A DNA stretch of 64,000 nt from an uncultured Chthonomonadaceae bacterium (GCA_963835065.1 CAWIEK010000044.1:352001-416000); one strand, 5' to 3'. Positions 42,334 through 52,085 are shown, numbered from the stretch's first letter. Notes: generated by a model not told the origin, from the sequence alone. A program made the numbers and translations.

Positions 42334-42642
42334 ATGTCTGTTATTGATGTCAGCCAACGAATTTCAGGGGAAAACGAAACTTCTGTCCTGCCTGCGTCCG
42401 AGTTTGCCACGCAGACCGAACTGGCGAATCGCAGTTTCTACCTTCAGGTTAAGATGATAGAAGGGGTGCAAGTCAGCCTTTCTGGTGGCGACACATGGAG
42501 CGAAAAAACCATTGTTGTTGCCATACCTGATGTATTTGGCGCTATCGCGGATCAGGTTTTTGATCTGAAAATTTGCACACATCAACAGTATCCACAAGGG
42601 AAGTTAGATGTTGTGATAAAACCTTATCCTGAATGTCAATAG
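42334..42642 (+). CDS. Small protein upstream of HEPN gene (putative antitoxin partner)
   Basis: 102 aa, 10 bp from the HEPN ORF, same lower-GC segment; no clear catalytic MNT motif. Confidence 0.6.
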   Translation: MSVIDVSQRISGENETSVLPASEFATQTELANRSFYLQVKMIEGVQVSLSGGDTWSEKTIVVAIPDVFGAIADQVFDLKICTHQQYPQGKLDVVIKPYPECQ

Positions 42643-42652
42643 GATTTGGAAC

Positions 42653-43066
42653 ATGCCTGCGCCTAAAACGACGGATAAAGAGGCTCTAAAGCACATTGCA
42701 GAAGCTTACACGAATTACCGCCGATACGAACGCTTTCTGAATGGTTCAGAAGACGTAAGTTGGGCGGTAGTGGCGTTGTTCTACTCAGCAGTTCATCTAA
42801 TGCAAGCTTATGCTTGCGCGAAGACGCCCATGAACTTGCCCAGGAACCATCTGGAGCGTGAAATATATGCCGCTAACCAGATGAAGCCAATCGCGAGGCT
42901 CTATGAGCGGATAAAAACGGTAAGTGAATGGGCGCGTTATGATATGCGATGGCTCGATGCTGCTCAGACACGCAGAATTCACGATGAAGCCTTCAGGCAA
43001 ATCCTGATTTATATGCGTGAGCAGGGCTTGTGGTGGGATGTACCGGTTACAGCCTCACACGAGTAA
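42653..43066 (+). CDS. HEPN domain protein (putative toxin)
   Basis: WAVVALFYSAVH...RNH...LYE...SEWARYD pattern typical of small HEPN proteins. Confidence 0.72.
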   Translation: MPAPKTTDKEALKHIAEAYTNYRRYERFLNGSEDVSWAVVALFYSAVHLMQAYACAKTPMNLPRNHLEREIYAANQMKPIARLYERIKTVSEWARYDMRWLDAAQTRRIHDEAFRQILIYMREQGLWWDVPVTASHE

Positions 43067-43074
43067 CAACAAAC

Positions 43075-43233
43075 GACGAGGTTTTGCAGCAGGCGGTTGA
43101 TGGCGTCGGAAACGCCGTCCGCCTTGCGCTTGCCCTGCCCGCCCCCGAATGGCTCCTCCATAGATTTCGACTGATCAATCAAAAAAACAAACGCGCTGGG
43201 ATTGGCGCGGCTTACTTCCGCTGTGTAGGCCAT
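43075..43233 (-). pseudogene. Truncated third vWA copy (first 53 codons)
   Basis: MAYTAEVSRANPSAFVFLIDQSKS...LLQNLV, then homology stops at 43075. Confidence 0.9.
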
Positions 43234-43320
43234 GAAATGCCCTCCGTAGCCCTGCATTTGTCGTCCGCAGGGATGATTTTGGTTCCGTAAGCACTACGGA
43301 TGCAAAGCGGTTTGGTTTCA
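43231..43320 (-). promoter_or_regulatory. Conserved structured leader of vWA gene (also 38327-38416 and 42052-42139)
   Basis: Three copies; tccgtag can pair with either ttacgga or ctacgga (RBS-overlapping); ccctgc...gcaggg stem. Confidence 0.55.
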
Positions 43321-43464
43321 CGCCTGCGCGCCCGCCTGTCCCTCAACGGCCTTCGCCCTGCAAGGGCGAAGGTGGGCGTAGCCCGGATGAGGGTCGAAGG
43401 CTTACGGCAATCGGGGCAAATCGGAGCAAAGCCGGGTACACTCTGGTAGGAGGTATGCCATTCC

Positions 43465-44337
43465 ATGAAAGCGCGACGTTCCCTGCTGCTATTCTTGATG
43501 CTCGTTCTCGTTTTTGTCGGCGCGTGTAGCGTGTGGCTGTGGAAGGCAAATCGGCAGTACGCGCTCAACCGCCAACTCATTGCCGCCCTAAAAAACAACG
43601 ACACGAAGCAGGCGCTCGTCCTCGTCAATGCGGGAGCCGACCCGAACACGCGCTATAACCCGCCGCCTGTGCCCACGTTGCAACTGTTGCTCAATCAACT
43701 ATTGCGCCGTTCGCCTGTTCCTGCTGATGATAGCCCAACAGCGTTTTTAATGGTTTGTGGAACGGAATGGTACGAGCCAAACATTGTCCATGCAATAGGA
43801 TGTAAATGCCCGGAAGATGTAACCTTAGTTCGACTAATGCTGGCGCATAGGGCGCAATGCAATACAGTAGATGTTTACAATCGGTCTAGTCTATATTACG
43901 CAGTCATGCGCAATTATCCGCATGTGGTTCAGCTTCTTCTGGAACACGGCGCGAACGTCAACGCGCAAGATGATTATGGAATGACGCCGTTGATGTGGGC
44001 CGTTCTGAAAGCGGATACAAGCATGACCTGCCTCCTACTGGAACATGGCGCGAATGTTAGTGTTGAAGATAGTTGGGGAAGTACGGCCTTGTATAAAGCG
44101 GTGTTATATAACAGAAGTAGCAGCGCCATAGCTCTACTAATGGCGCATGGAGCCGACCCGAACCGTGCTGATGAGTACGGTAATACTCCACTAACCATTG
44201 CGCAGCAGCATCAACGTCCTAACGTTGTGGCGTTGCTGCGGGGAAACGTTAGGTTCTACCCTCATCCGGCCTCCGGCCACCTTCTCCCTGCAAGGGAGAA
44301 GGCTAAACTGTTCAATGCGCGGTTGAACAAGAGATAG
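43465..44337 (+). CDS. N-terminally anchored ankyrin repeat protein
   Basis: TM helix, GADPN, LLEHGANVNAQDDYGMTPLMWA, GNTPL. Confidence 0.9.
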   Translation: MKARRSLLLFLMLVLVFVGACSVWLWKANRQYALNRQLIAALKNNDTKQALVLVNAGADPNTRYNPPPVPTLQLLLNQLLRRSPVPADDSPTAFLMVCGTEWYEPNIVHAIGCKCPEDVTLVRLMLAHRAQCNTVDVYNRSSLYYAVMRNYPHVVQLLLEHGANVNAQDDYGMTPLMWAVLKADTSMTCLLLEHGANVSVEDSWGSTALYKAVLYNRSSSAIALLMAHGADPNRADEYGNTPLTIAQQHQRPNVVALLRGNVRFYPHPASGHLLPAREKAKLFNARLNKR

Positions 44338-44463
44338 GGAAGCCCGTAAGCAAACCATACTCATGAAACAAATCTCTAACAAACGCACTCACCTACCACA
44401 CTGGCCTTTTCCCTTGCAGGGAGAAGGTGGCCGGAGGCCGGATGAGGGTAGAACCTAACGTTC
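44245..44463. repeat. Long inverted repeat (~60-bp arms) of REP-like type
   Basis: aacgttaggttctaccctcatccggcctccggccaccttctccctgcaaggga and its reverse complement at about 44404-44462; related half-sites near 43341-43395 and 46505-46560. Confidence 0.88.
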
Positions 44464-44483
44464 ACACAAAGGAGTGCTTTCCA

Positions 44484-46178
44484 ATGGTACAAAAAACGCG
44501 CTATCGTTTCGCATTGACGCGCCATACATATCAACTTTTCACGGCCTTTTCGCTGTTGGGCGCGGCCTCGCCTGCGGCTCACGCGAAAGATGGCGGGCCG
44601 CTGCTGATGGTGGATGTGGCTGCAGACCGTCACCCGATCAGCCCGGATATTTACGGCATGAACGTGTTCGGAGCCGACGCGGGGTTTCAGGCGTTTATGG
44701 CGGAGTGTCGCCTGCCCGTCAATCGGCAGGGCGGTGACGCGACTACGCGCTATAACTGGAAAATAGACGCTTCCAACGCCGGTGATGATTGGTTCTTTAT
44801 GGCCGGCAATGGTGACGCCACGCACACGCCAAGCGGCTCTACGGACAAGTTCATCGCGTCCAACAGGGCGGCGGGCGCGAAAAGCCTGCTTACTATCCCG
44901 ATTATTGACTACATCAACAAGGCCGCGTCGTGGGACTGCACGTACCCTGTATCGCGCTTCGGCAAGCAGGAAAAAGTAAACCCGTATGTCCATCCTGTGA
45001 TTGACGGCAAGCCGACGGATGCGGGCAATGGGCGCAAATCCGACGGCAAGATGATCGCGCTGACCAAAGAAGACATTCTGCGCGTTCATATTGCGAACTC
45101 GCCCGATTTTCAAAAGCAGTGGGTGCAGTACCTTGTCGGCAAGTTTGGCGCGGCGAACAAGGGCGGCGTGGCGATTTACGAAATGGACAACGAGCCGAGT
45201 GGATGGGGCAACACGCACCGCGACATTCACCCCGACCCGACCGGCTATGACGAACTGATTCAGAAAACCCAAACGTATGCGGCAATGGTCAAGGCGGTTG
45301 ATCCCACTGCCGCCATTGACGGGCCGGGGGATTTCGGCTGGCCGGTCTATTTTGGCGGCGGCAAACCCGGCGACGACGCCAAAAGCCACAATCTGGGCTT
45401 CGCGGAATACTACCTGCAGCAGATGCGGGCGTGGGAACAAAAGCACGGCAAGCGCCTGCTCGATTATTTCGACGAACACTACTACCCGGTTTCTAATGAC
45501 GGCGTGGGCGGGCTGGCGAACAGCGGCGTGGGGGATGCGGCCATGCAAAACCTGCGCCTGCAATCCACGCGCTCGCTGTGGGACCCGTCGTATGTGGAGC
45601 AAAACTGGATCGGCAAGTACAGCGGCGCAATCCGACTCATCCCGCGCTTTCATGAATGGGTGGACAAGAACTATCCCGGCACGAAAATTGCGATTACGGA
45701 GTACAACTTCGGCGGATTGGAAGCCATGAACGGGGCGCTGGCGCAGGCGGACGCGCTCGGCATCTTCGGCAGGGAGCGGCTCGATCTGGCAACCCTGTGG
45801 GGACCACCCAAGCCCAATCAACCCGGCGCGTTCGCGTTCCGCATGTTCCGCAACTACGACGGCAAAGGCGGGCGCTTTGGCGAAACGTGGGTTCAATCCA
45901 AAAGCGGCGACCCAAGCAAACTGGCGATCTATGGCGCGGAGCGCAAATCCGACGGGGCCTTAACGCTCGTCGTCATCAACAAAACGGGGGACGACCTGAC
46001 CAGCAAGATGATTGTCTCCGGCTTCAGTTCTGGCGGCAACGCGCAGAAATTCCGCTACTCCGAGGCGAACCTGAACGCGATTGTGCCGCTTCCCGCTCAA
46101 AAGCCAAAGGGCAATGGCTTCACCACCACCTACCCGCCCAATTCCATCACCATGCTTGAATTGATGGCCGGGCTTTAG
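44484..46178 (+). CDS. GH44-like endoglucanase/xyloglucanase, secreted
   Basis: ISPDIYGMN, GGDATTRYNW, MDNEP..W..THRDIHP, STRSLWDPSY, ITEYNFGG. Confidence 0.85.
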   Translation: MVQKTRYRFALTRHTYQLFTAFSLLGAASPAAHAKDGGPLLMVDVAADRHPISPDIYGMNVFGADAGFQAFMAECRLPVNRQGGDATTRYNWKIDASNAGDDWFFMAGNGDATHTPSGSTDKFIASNRAAGAKSLLTIPIIDYINKAASWDCTYPVSRFGKQEKVNPYVHPVIDGKPTDAGNGRKSDGKMIALTKEDILRVHIANSPDFQKQWVQYLVGKFGAANKGGVAIYEMDNEPSGWGNTHRDIHPDPTGYDELIQKTQTYAAMVKAVDPTAAIDGPGDFGWPVYFGGGKPGDDAKSHNLGFAEYYLQQMRAWEQKHGKRLLDYFDEHYYPVSNDGVGGLANSGVGDAAMQNLRLQSTRSLWDPSYVEQNWIGKYSGAIRLIPRFHEWVDKNYPGTKIAITEYNFGGLEAMNGALAQADALGIFGRERLDLATLWGPPKPNQPGAFAFRMFRNYDGKGGRFGETWVQSKSGDPSKLAIYGAERKSDGALTLVVINKTGDDLTSKMIVSGFSSGGNAQKFRYSEANLNAIVPLPAQKPKGNGFTTTYPPNSITMLELMAGL

Positions 46179-46196
46179 CAGGGCTATCAGCGTTCA

Positions 46197-46394
46197 ACCG
46201 GGTATATAAAACGCTTGCTGTGAATACTAGCCGGGGATTGAAAATTCCCGGCAGGAAAGTGCAAGCGTCTTTCAGACGCAACTTCCAGAAAGCAGAGGCG
46301 CGTCTGAAAGACGCTTGCTTTGTCCAGACAGGGGTTTTCAACCCCTGGCAACCACAGGGGCGCTATTTCACAGCAAGCGTATAAAATACCCGGT
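46197..46394. mobile_element. MITE-like nested element: ~30-bp outer inverted arms around a complete family A doublet
   Basis: accgggtatataaaacgcttgctgtgaata ... tatttcacagcaagcgtataaaatacccggt. Confidence 0.7.
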
Positions 46395-46647
46395 CGTCAG
46401 ACCTGCGGCCAATCGTCCTGCGGACGAAGAAGGCGTTGCGCTAAAGTGAGTGGAAGTGATCTGTTCCTAAACCAAAGTACAACAGACAAAGCTATCACAC
46501 TCGCTCCATTCTCCCTCCGAACGCAGTTCGGGAATCAGGGAGAAGGGCCGGGGTTGAGGGTACAACCTCCCGCCCTCGCCACACCCCCAGTTCCCCTGCC
46601 GTATGCGTCAATGGACAAACGCGCTTACAGCGCCGCCACGAACTATT

Positions 46648-48314
46648 TCAGGCATCTTCCCACTGTCGCAACAACTTCTCGGCTGCTTCGGCCTGCGTCT
46701 CCATTCCCGCTTTACGATAACCAGTAATGGCACAATGCAGTGCCTGCCGTGCCGAGTCGCTTTTTCCCAACTCTTTTTGTGTGATGGCAAGGTTGAACTG
46801 CGTATCTGCCCATTCGAACGGAAAGTCGAGTTTAGTATGAACGCTCAATGTTGCCTCGTAACAGTCAATGGCGTATTGCAAATTGGCGTCTCGGTCGCCA
46901 GTGGAAAGGTCACTGTATGCAACGCCCAGGTTATTTTGCGTACTGGCCCACTCGTAAGGAAAGGTGGCTTCTGTAAACACGCGCAGAGCGGCCTTATAGC
47001 AGGCGATTGCCTGTTGCAAGTTGTGTGCCCGGTCGCCGGTGAGAAGGCTTCTGTACGCATTGCCCAAGTTGTATTGCGTCCTTGCCCACTCATACGGATA
47101 GCTGGCTTCGGTGCGGACGCGCAGAGCGGCTTTATAGCAGTCAATGGCGTATTGCAAATTGGCATCTCGGTCGCCAGTGATAAGGTCGCTGTATGCAGCA
47201 CCTAAATTGTGTTGTGTCGTGGCCCAATCCTGCGGAAATTCGGCTTCTGTGAACACGCGCAGAGTGGCCTCATAGCAGTCAATGGCGTACTGTAGATTGG
47301 TATCCGGGTCACCGACGGGAAGTTCGCTGTACGCATTGCCCAAGTTATTCTGTGTCATAGCATATTCTTGGATGAAATTATCTTCTGTAAACACGCGCAG
47401 AGCGGCCTTATAGCAGGCGATTGCCTGTTGCAAGTTGTGTGCCCGGTCGCCGGTGAGAAGGTTTCTGTACGCATTGCCCAAAATATCGTGTCAGCGTGCC
47501 CATTCATATGAATTGAGTTCCTCAGAAAGCAGGGTAATCGCTTCTTTCGCAACCTGTAAGCTACGCCGAACATGCTGCGGATAGGCAGGGCCATGCAAAT
47601 CCAATAGGGCGTCTGCCAAGCCGAGCAGAGCGCGGGCGCGTTTCGGTGTGGGTTCTACATGATGTTGGCGACTTGCTCTTCGTAAAACGTGGCAGCGCTC
47701 CGGACGGCGGCAGGCAACAAGATGGCAGGTTGTGGGGGCGAATCCCTCTCCATTATGGCGGGGAAACGCTCAACGGGCATTGGTTCCGGGGCGGCGTTGA
47801 AGAAGCGGAACAATCCGGCGTAGTGGTCGAAGAAGTCGGGAGCCTGTTTTATGAGCGCGGTAAAGACGTAGGGCAGACACCAGACGAGGAACGGGGCCGG
47901 GACGTGATGATGCAGGGATTCGCGCTGCTGGTTCAGGAGGGCGAGGGCGGGCGGGCGAACGGGTTCCGCGCCGATTTCCGGCACGATGCCCGGCGTTTCT
48001 TCCAGTCCGGCAAGCGCGATAACATCGGCTTCCGTAACCGGCGCTTCCAGTTCCGGCAGGTCGAACACATTCCATTGCCGACGGTTTAATTCGGCGACGC
48101 GCAGGCAGACACCCTCGGCGGCAAGGTCGGCGCGTAATCGTTCCAAAAGCGCATCGCGCAGAACGTTGGAAAAATCGCTTTCGATGGGAAACAGGAAGAA
48201 ACTGCCGCGCGCCATACGCAGGACGCGCAGCAAACGACGATATTCCTTTTCGCCCGCCGCGTCCAGCGCGCGTTCAAGGTCAGGCTTCGGTTTTGTCGTT
48301 AGCGCGGCAGGCAT
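46648..48314 (-). CDS. TPR repeat protein with N-terminal degenerate NTPase-like domain (frameshifted)
   Basis: N-terminal part LLNQQRE...LVWC...APDFF; C-terminal 40-aa repeats WAxTQxNLGxAYxxLxTGDRxxNLQxAIxCY. Confidence 0.75.
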
Positions 48315-49722
48315 TGCGGAACTCCTCGGTTTCAATCAGAACAGGGTGTACGTCCAGCCAGGGTTTACCGTTCTCAGTATACTCCAGCAGGCAGCCGTTG
48401 AACAGCAGACGATTGATTGCCTCGCTATAATTGTCCTTGTGCATGGCGACCGATTCACGCTTTGCGATAGCGGCAAGGCAGCGATAATCGTATGGCGTGG
48501 TGGTCAGGAACCGCATGTAAACGCTGCGGAGGTTTTCGACAGCCTTTTGCGCGGCCTCACTCGAAATCTGAGTTTCGCCGCCCTCCGCAAAGGTTGCGGC
48601 GGAACTCACAAGTTTCATCAAATCCCGGATGGCTCCGCCGCTCATTTTAATCAGCAAATCGGCATCTTCTGGATTGGCGAATACGTCTTCTATGACAATA
48701 CGTTTCGCAAGCGCGCTTCGCAGCAAGGCGATACTTGCCGGATCAAAATCGCTGTCCGCAACCGTATCGGCCCAGGGCGCGGCATGGTGACGCAGGGCCA
48801 GCATGGGCAGGGTAATTTGCAGCCCGTATTCCTCGCTTACTTTGCCGGTAATCGGCTTATAGGCCAGGGCAATCGGAAACGTGAACAGGGCATGGCAGGC
48901 CAGTTGGCGCATCTGCTGACTGCCGCGAACCAAAATGGCGTCAATGTTGGCCGGGTCATAGCGGTCAAGGTTGTCGAAAATGAGCAGCATCCCGCGCGGT
49001 TTGCCGATGGCTGTCAGGGTTGCGTTGGCTGTTTCCAGCAAGTCGCGCGTATAATCTATGAGCGTACCGGGGTAGCGTCGCAGCGTGTCACGGGTTTTGA
49101 TGGAATGTGCCGTCGTGCCTTTGAAACTGGCGGTCAGTTTGGTGAACAGGCTGCCCAGGCTGAACGGCAGAGAACCGCCCAATTGCATCCCGACTTCCAC
49201 GCCGATTTCCGATTTGCGCTCATCCGTATCCTCGTGAATAATTTCGCTGAACCATCGAATAATGCGGCCAAGTTTCTCCTGCGGCAGAGGATACCCGCAG
49301 TCCTGCATGGCCTTTTCAATCAGCACGGCGGCCAGCAGAAACAGATCCGAGTAGTCCAGTTCAATCATGCCATAGCGGGAGTTTACTTCGACTCTGGCTG
49401 CAAGGAACCCCTGCGATTCCGCCCAACTTTTCAGCGTGAGCAGTTCTGTAGACTTCCCGGAACCGCCATGTCCGCACAGCAACAGATGATGATACTCTCC
49501 TTCCTCCAGCGGCATCATAAGCCGTTCACAGAGTGGCTCGATGCTGCCGCCGTGCCGCAGCGCTTTCAAGTCTGCGCGGCGAGAATCGCTTTCGACGAGC
49601 GGTTTGCCGGGATTACACGCCTGCAGCACTTGTATTCTGGCGGACACGGGCCAGGGAGGATGTTGTGTCGGCGCGGGCAAATTGGCGCGCGGGATAGGCA
49701 CGAGCGGGTTATCTGACGGCAT
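48280..49722 (-). CDS. P-loop ATPase (STAND-related)
   Basis: GHGGSGKSTEL, LLIFDNLDR, SGGAIRDL, C-terminal WLDVHP; overlaps the next gene. Confidence 0.88.
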   Translation of the reverse strand: MPSDNPLVPIPRANLPAPTQHPPWPVSARIQVLQACNPGKPLVESDSRRADLKALRHGGSIEPLCERLMMPLEEGEYHHLLLCGHGGSGKSTELLTLKSWAESQGFLAARVEVNSRYGMIELDYSDLFLLAAVLIEKAMQDCGYPLPQEKLGRIIRWFSEIIHEDTDERKSEIGVEVGMQLGGSLPFSLGSLFTKLTASFKGTTAHSIKTRDTLRRYPGTLIDYTRDLLETANATLTAIGKPRGMLLIFDNLDRYDPANIDAILVRGSQQMRQLACHALFTFPIALAYKPITGKVSEEYGLQITLPMLALRHHAAPWADTVADSDFDPASIALLRSALAKRIVIEDVFANPEDADLLIKMSGGAIRDLMKLVSSAATFAEGGETQISSEAAQKAVENLRSVYMRFLTTTPYDYRCLAAIAKRESVAMHKDNYSEAINRLLFNGCLLEYTENGKPWLDVHPVLIETEEFRNACRANDKTEA

Positions 49723-49904
49723 CGGGTTCCGGCTCCTGTGAGGATGACGAGCGTTTAATTGTCCTATGATACCCCACCTTGAACAAGAATTTTCTGTCGG
49801 ACGCCTGAACGCAGGTTAGCCCCGGTTTTCCAGATCAGGCGTTTTGAAGAACATAGAAGTTAGTTCATTTGACAGCCCGCGCCCTGATACGGCATAATCT
49901 GTGT

Positions 49905-51212
49905 ATGTCCAACCAAGTTTTTGAGAACCTGTCAAACTGGCGTGAGGAGGCCATTAACACTTCTCTGCAGGAGCGCGATAATGACGGCGAACCCTCGGCG
50001 TATGCCCTGCTCCATGCTATCCGCCGCCACCGTCCGGGCTGCCATACCCTGTCCTTGTCTCTGGAACGCCCGCAATTGCTGCGGTTTTTGCGCAGCCGGG
50101 CACAGAACGCGCGCAGCCAACTGACCGGCAGCAGCGTTCATCTGAGCAATGGCAAGCCCGATCCGTATTTCGACTGGCTTACGTTCGGGTGGGAGGGTGG
50201 CGAACTGGAATTGCTGCTGTGCCCCGCCCTGGGTTCGCACGGCATGGCGTTCGTGTTCGGCGATAATGAAGCGCGGGTGCTGTCGTTTGCCACGCAGGGG
50301 GAGACGTTTGCGAACCGGCCCGAAGGCCGCAGCCTGGCGTATATGGGGCGCTGGGAAAGCGCGCCTGAAATGGACGCGGAAATCGGCAGCGTCACCTGGG
50401 AGGACGTGATTTTGCCCCACAACACGCTGACAGGCATACGCGAGGCTGTCGAGGGGTTTGTGCGGCATCGCAAAGCGTATGAAACGCTCGGCTTTGCGTG
50501 GCGGCGCGGCCTGCTGCTCGTCGGCCCGCCCGGAACCGGCAAAACCATGCTGTGCAAAGCCGCCGCCGCCGCGCTTCCCGACCTGCCATTCCTTTACGTG
50601 CGCGATATGAGTTCCATGTCAGGCGGCAGCAATTACCACATCATCAACGCGGTTTTCAAGCGCGCCCGCGAACTCGCCCCCTGCCTGCTGGCCTTTGAGG
50701 ACATTGACAGCCTGGTGAACTCGTCGAACCGCTCACAGTTTCTCAACGAACTGGACGGGTTTCAAAACAACAACGGCCTGCTGATTATCGCCAGTTCCAA
50801 CCATCCGGGCAAGATTGACGAGGCGCTGCTCAAGCGTCCGTCGCGCTTTGACCGCGTGTTCCACATCGGCCTGCCCGCCCTTGCCGAACGCCGCGCGTAT
50901 TGCCGCCAGATTTTGTCCCGCACTACCCTTGCCGAACAAATGTCGCCTGCGCTGGACACAGCCCAACTGTCGCAGCAGGTGGCGGAGCGCACGGACGGCT
51001 TCACGCCTGCGTATCTGAAAGAAGTGTTCGTGTCCGCCGCCTTGAAGCAGGCGCAGGACGGCGCGGACGTTCTCGATACGCGCTTTGCCGCATCCGTTCT
51101 GGAACAGATCGAGGAACTGCGCGCCTATCTCCAGCAGGTGAAAGACCCCGACGCCATGGGCGACTTCCTCAACCCGGAAGCCAGTCCGATTGGCATTCGG
51201 CGGGATAGGTAA
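49905..51212 (+). CDS. AAA+ ATPase
   Basis: RRGLLLVGPPGTGKT, AFEDID, FLNELDG, ALLKRPSRFD. Confidence 0.92.
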   Translation: MSNQVFENLSNWREEAINTSLQERDNDGEPSAYALLHAIRRHRPGCHTLSLSLERPQLLRFLRSRAQNARSQLTGSSVHLSNGKPDPYFDWLTFGWEGGELELLLCPALGSHGMAFVFGDNEARVLSFATQGETFANRPEGRSLAYMGRWESAPEMDAEIGSVTWEDVILPHNTLTGIREAVEGFVRHRKAYETLGFAWRRGLLLVGPPGTGKTMLCKAAAAALPDLPFLYVRDMSSMSGGSNYHIINAVFKRARELAPCLLAFEDIDSLVNSSNRSQFLNELDGFQNNNGLLIIASSNHPGKIDEALLKRPSRFDRVFHIGLPALAERRAYCRQILSRTTLAEQMSPALDTAQLSQQVAERTDGFTPAYLKEVFVSAALKQAQDGADVLDTRFAASVLEQIEELRAYLQQVKDPDAMGDFLNPEASPIGIRRDR

Positions 51213-51214
51213 GA

Positions 51215-51335
51215 AGGTGTTAGGTGTTAGGTGTTGGGAACACCGCAGCGTTTGCATCAGGAACTACTATGCAGTCATTACAACAACAGCCGAATACGGA
51301 CGCTCCGAACACCCAACACCCAACACCCAACACCC
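51215..51335. repeat. Inverted heptamer tandem repeats
   Basis: (ggtgtta)n ... (aacaccc)x4. Confidence 0.9.
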
Positions 51336-52085
51336 GTCCTCCTGGCGGCGCGCGATGCGTGGGACAAACTCGGCCTTGTGGTGGGCGTAAGTTTGACGTG
51401 GGCGCTGCTGCTGGCGACGTTGTTCAGTTTGGAACGGCTTGTGCCGCGCGCTCTGCCCGTACCGCTTCATATCGGATTGTTGGGATTGCTGCTGGCCCTG
51501 CTGCTGCCGTTGCTGATCGGTGGCGCGGTTTACGTTGCGCATCTGGTTGTGATTCGGGACGAAGTGACGTATGCCGATTTCTGGCGGGGCGGGGTTCGTT
51601 TGTATCCGCAATCGCTGTTGCTGACGGTCTGCCATTTTGTCGTGGAGGGCGTACTGGCGGCGAACATCTGGTTTTACGGGCATGTCGGGCATGTGGGCGG
51701 CTATGCGATTATGCTGCTGTGCCTGTACGCGCTGCTGTTCTGGAGCCTGATGGCGGTCTGCCATTTCCCTCTGCTGGTGGCGCAGGATTTGGGCGTCTTT
51801 GATGAACCGGATAAACCCGCGAAGCGTGGCGTGTTTGCCGTTTTCCGCCGCGCGTTTTATCTTGTGTTGGGCCGTCCGTTCGCCGTCCTGGGCCTGCTTG
51901 CCCTGTGCGCCGTGATTACCTTCGCGTTCATCGCAACGGGCGTGTTGTTCATCCTCATTGGTCCCGGCCTACTGGCGTTGCTGGTGACCCATTCCGTTCG
52001 CGCCCTGCTGATCTATTTTGGCGTTGTGGCTCCGCCGCCGCTGCCGGAAGCCGTTGTGCCGGACGCGAAGTTCCGCCTGCGGTGA
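51269..52085 (+). CDS. Multi-pass membrane protein (DUF624-like); probable start out of frame with the body
   Basis: About five hydrophobic helices; ATG 51269 with AGGA upstream is one frame off the main ORF. Confidence 0.7.

Noticed and set aside
38171..43319. Three vWA 5' copies as DGR template and variable repeats
   Set aside because: Differences involve all bases, are mostly synonymous and N-terminal, and no RT is nearby.
840..46178. A polysaccharide utilisation locus
   Set aside because: The glycoside hydrolases are scattered, with no adjacent transporter or regulator.
46760..47480. 120-bp repeats as a non-coding array or DGR TR/VR pair
   Set aside because: They are in-frame TPR units, differences are not adenine-specific, and no RT is present.
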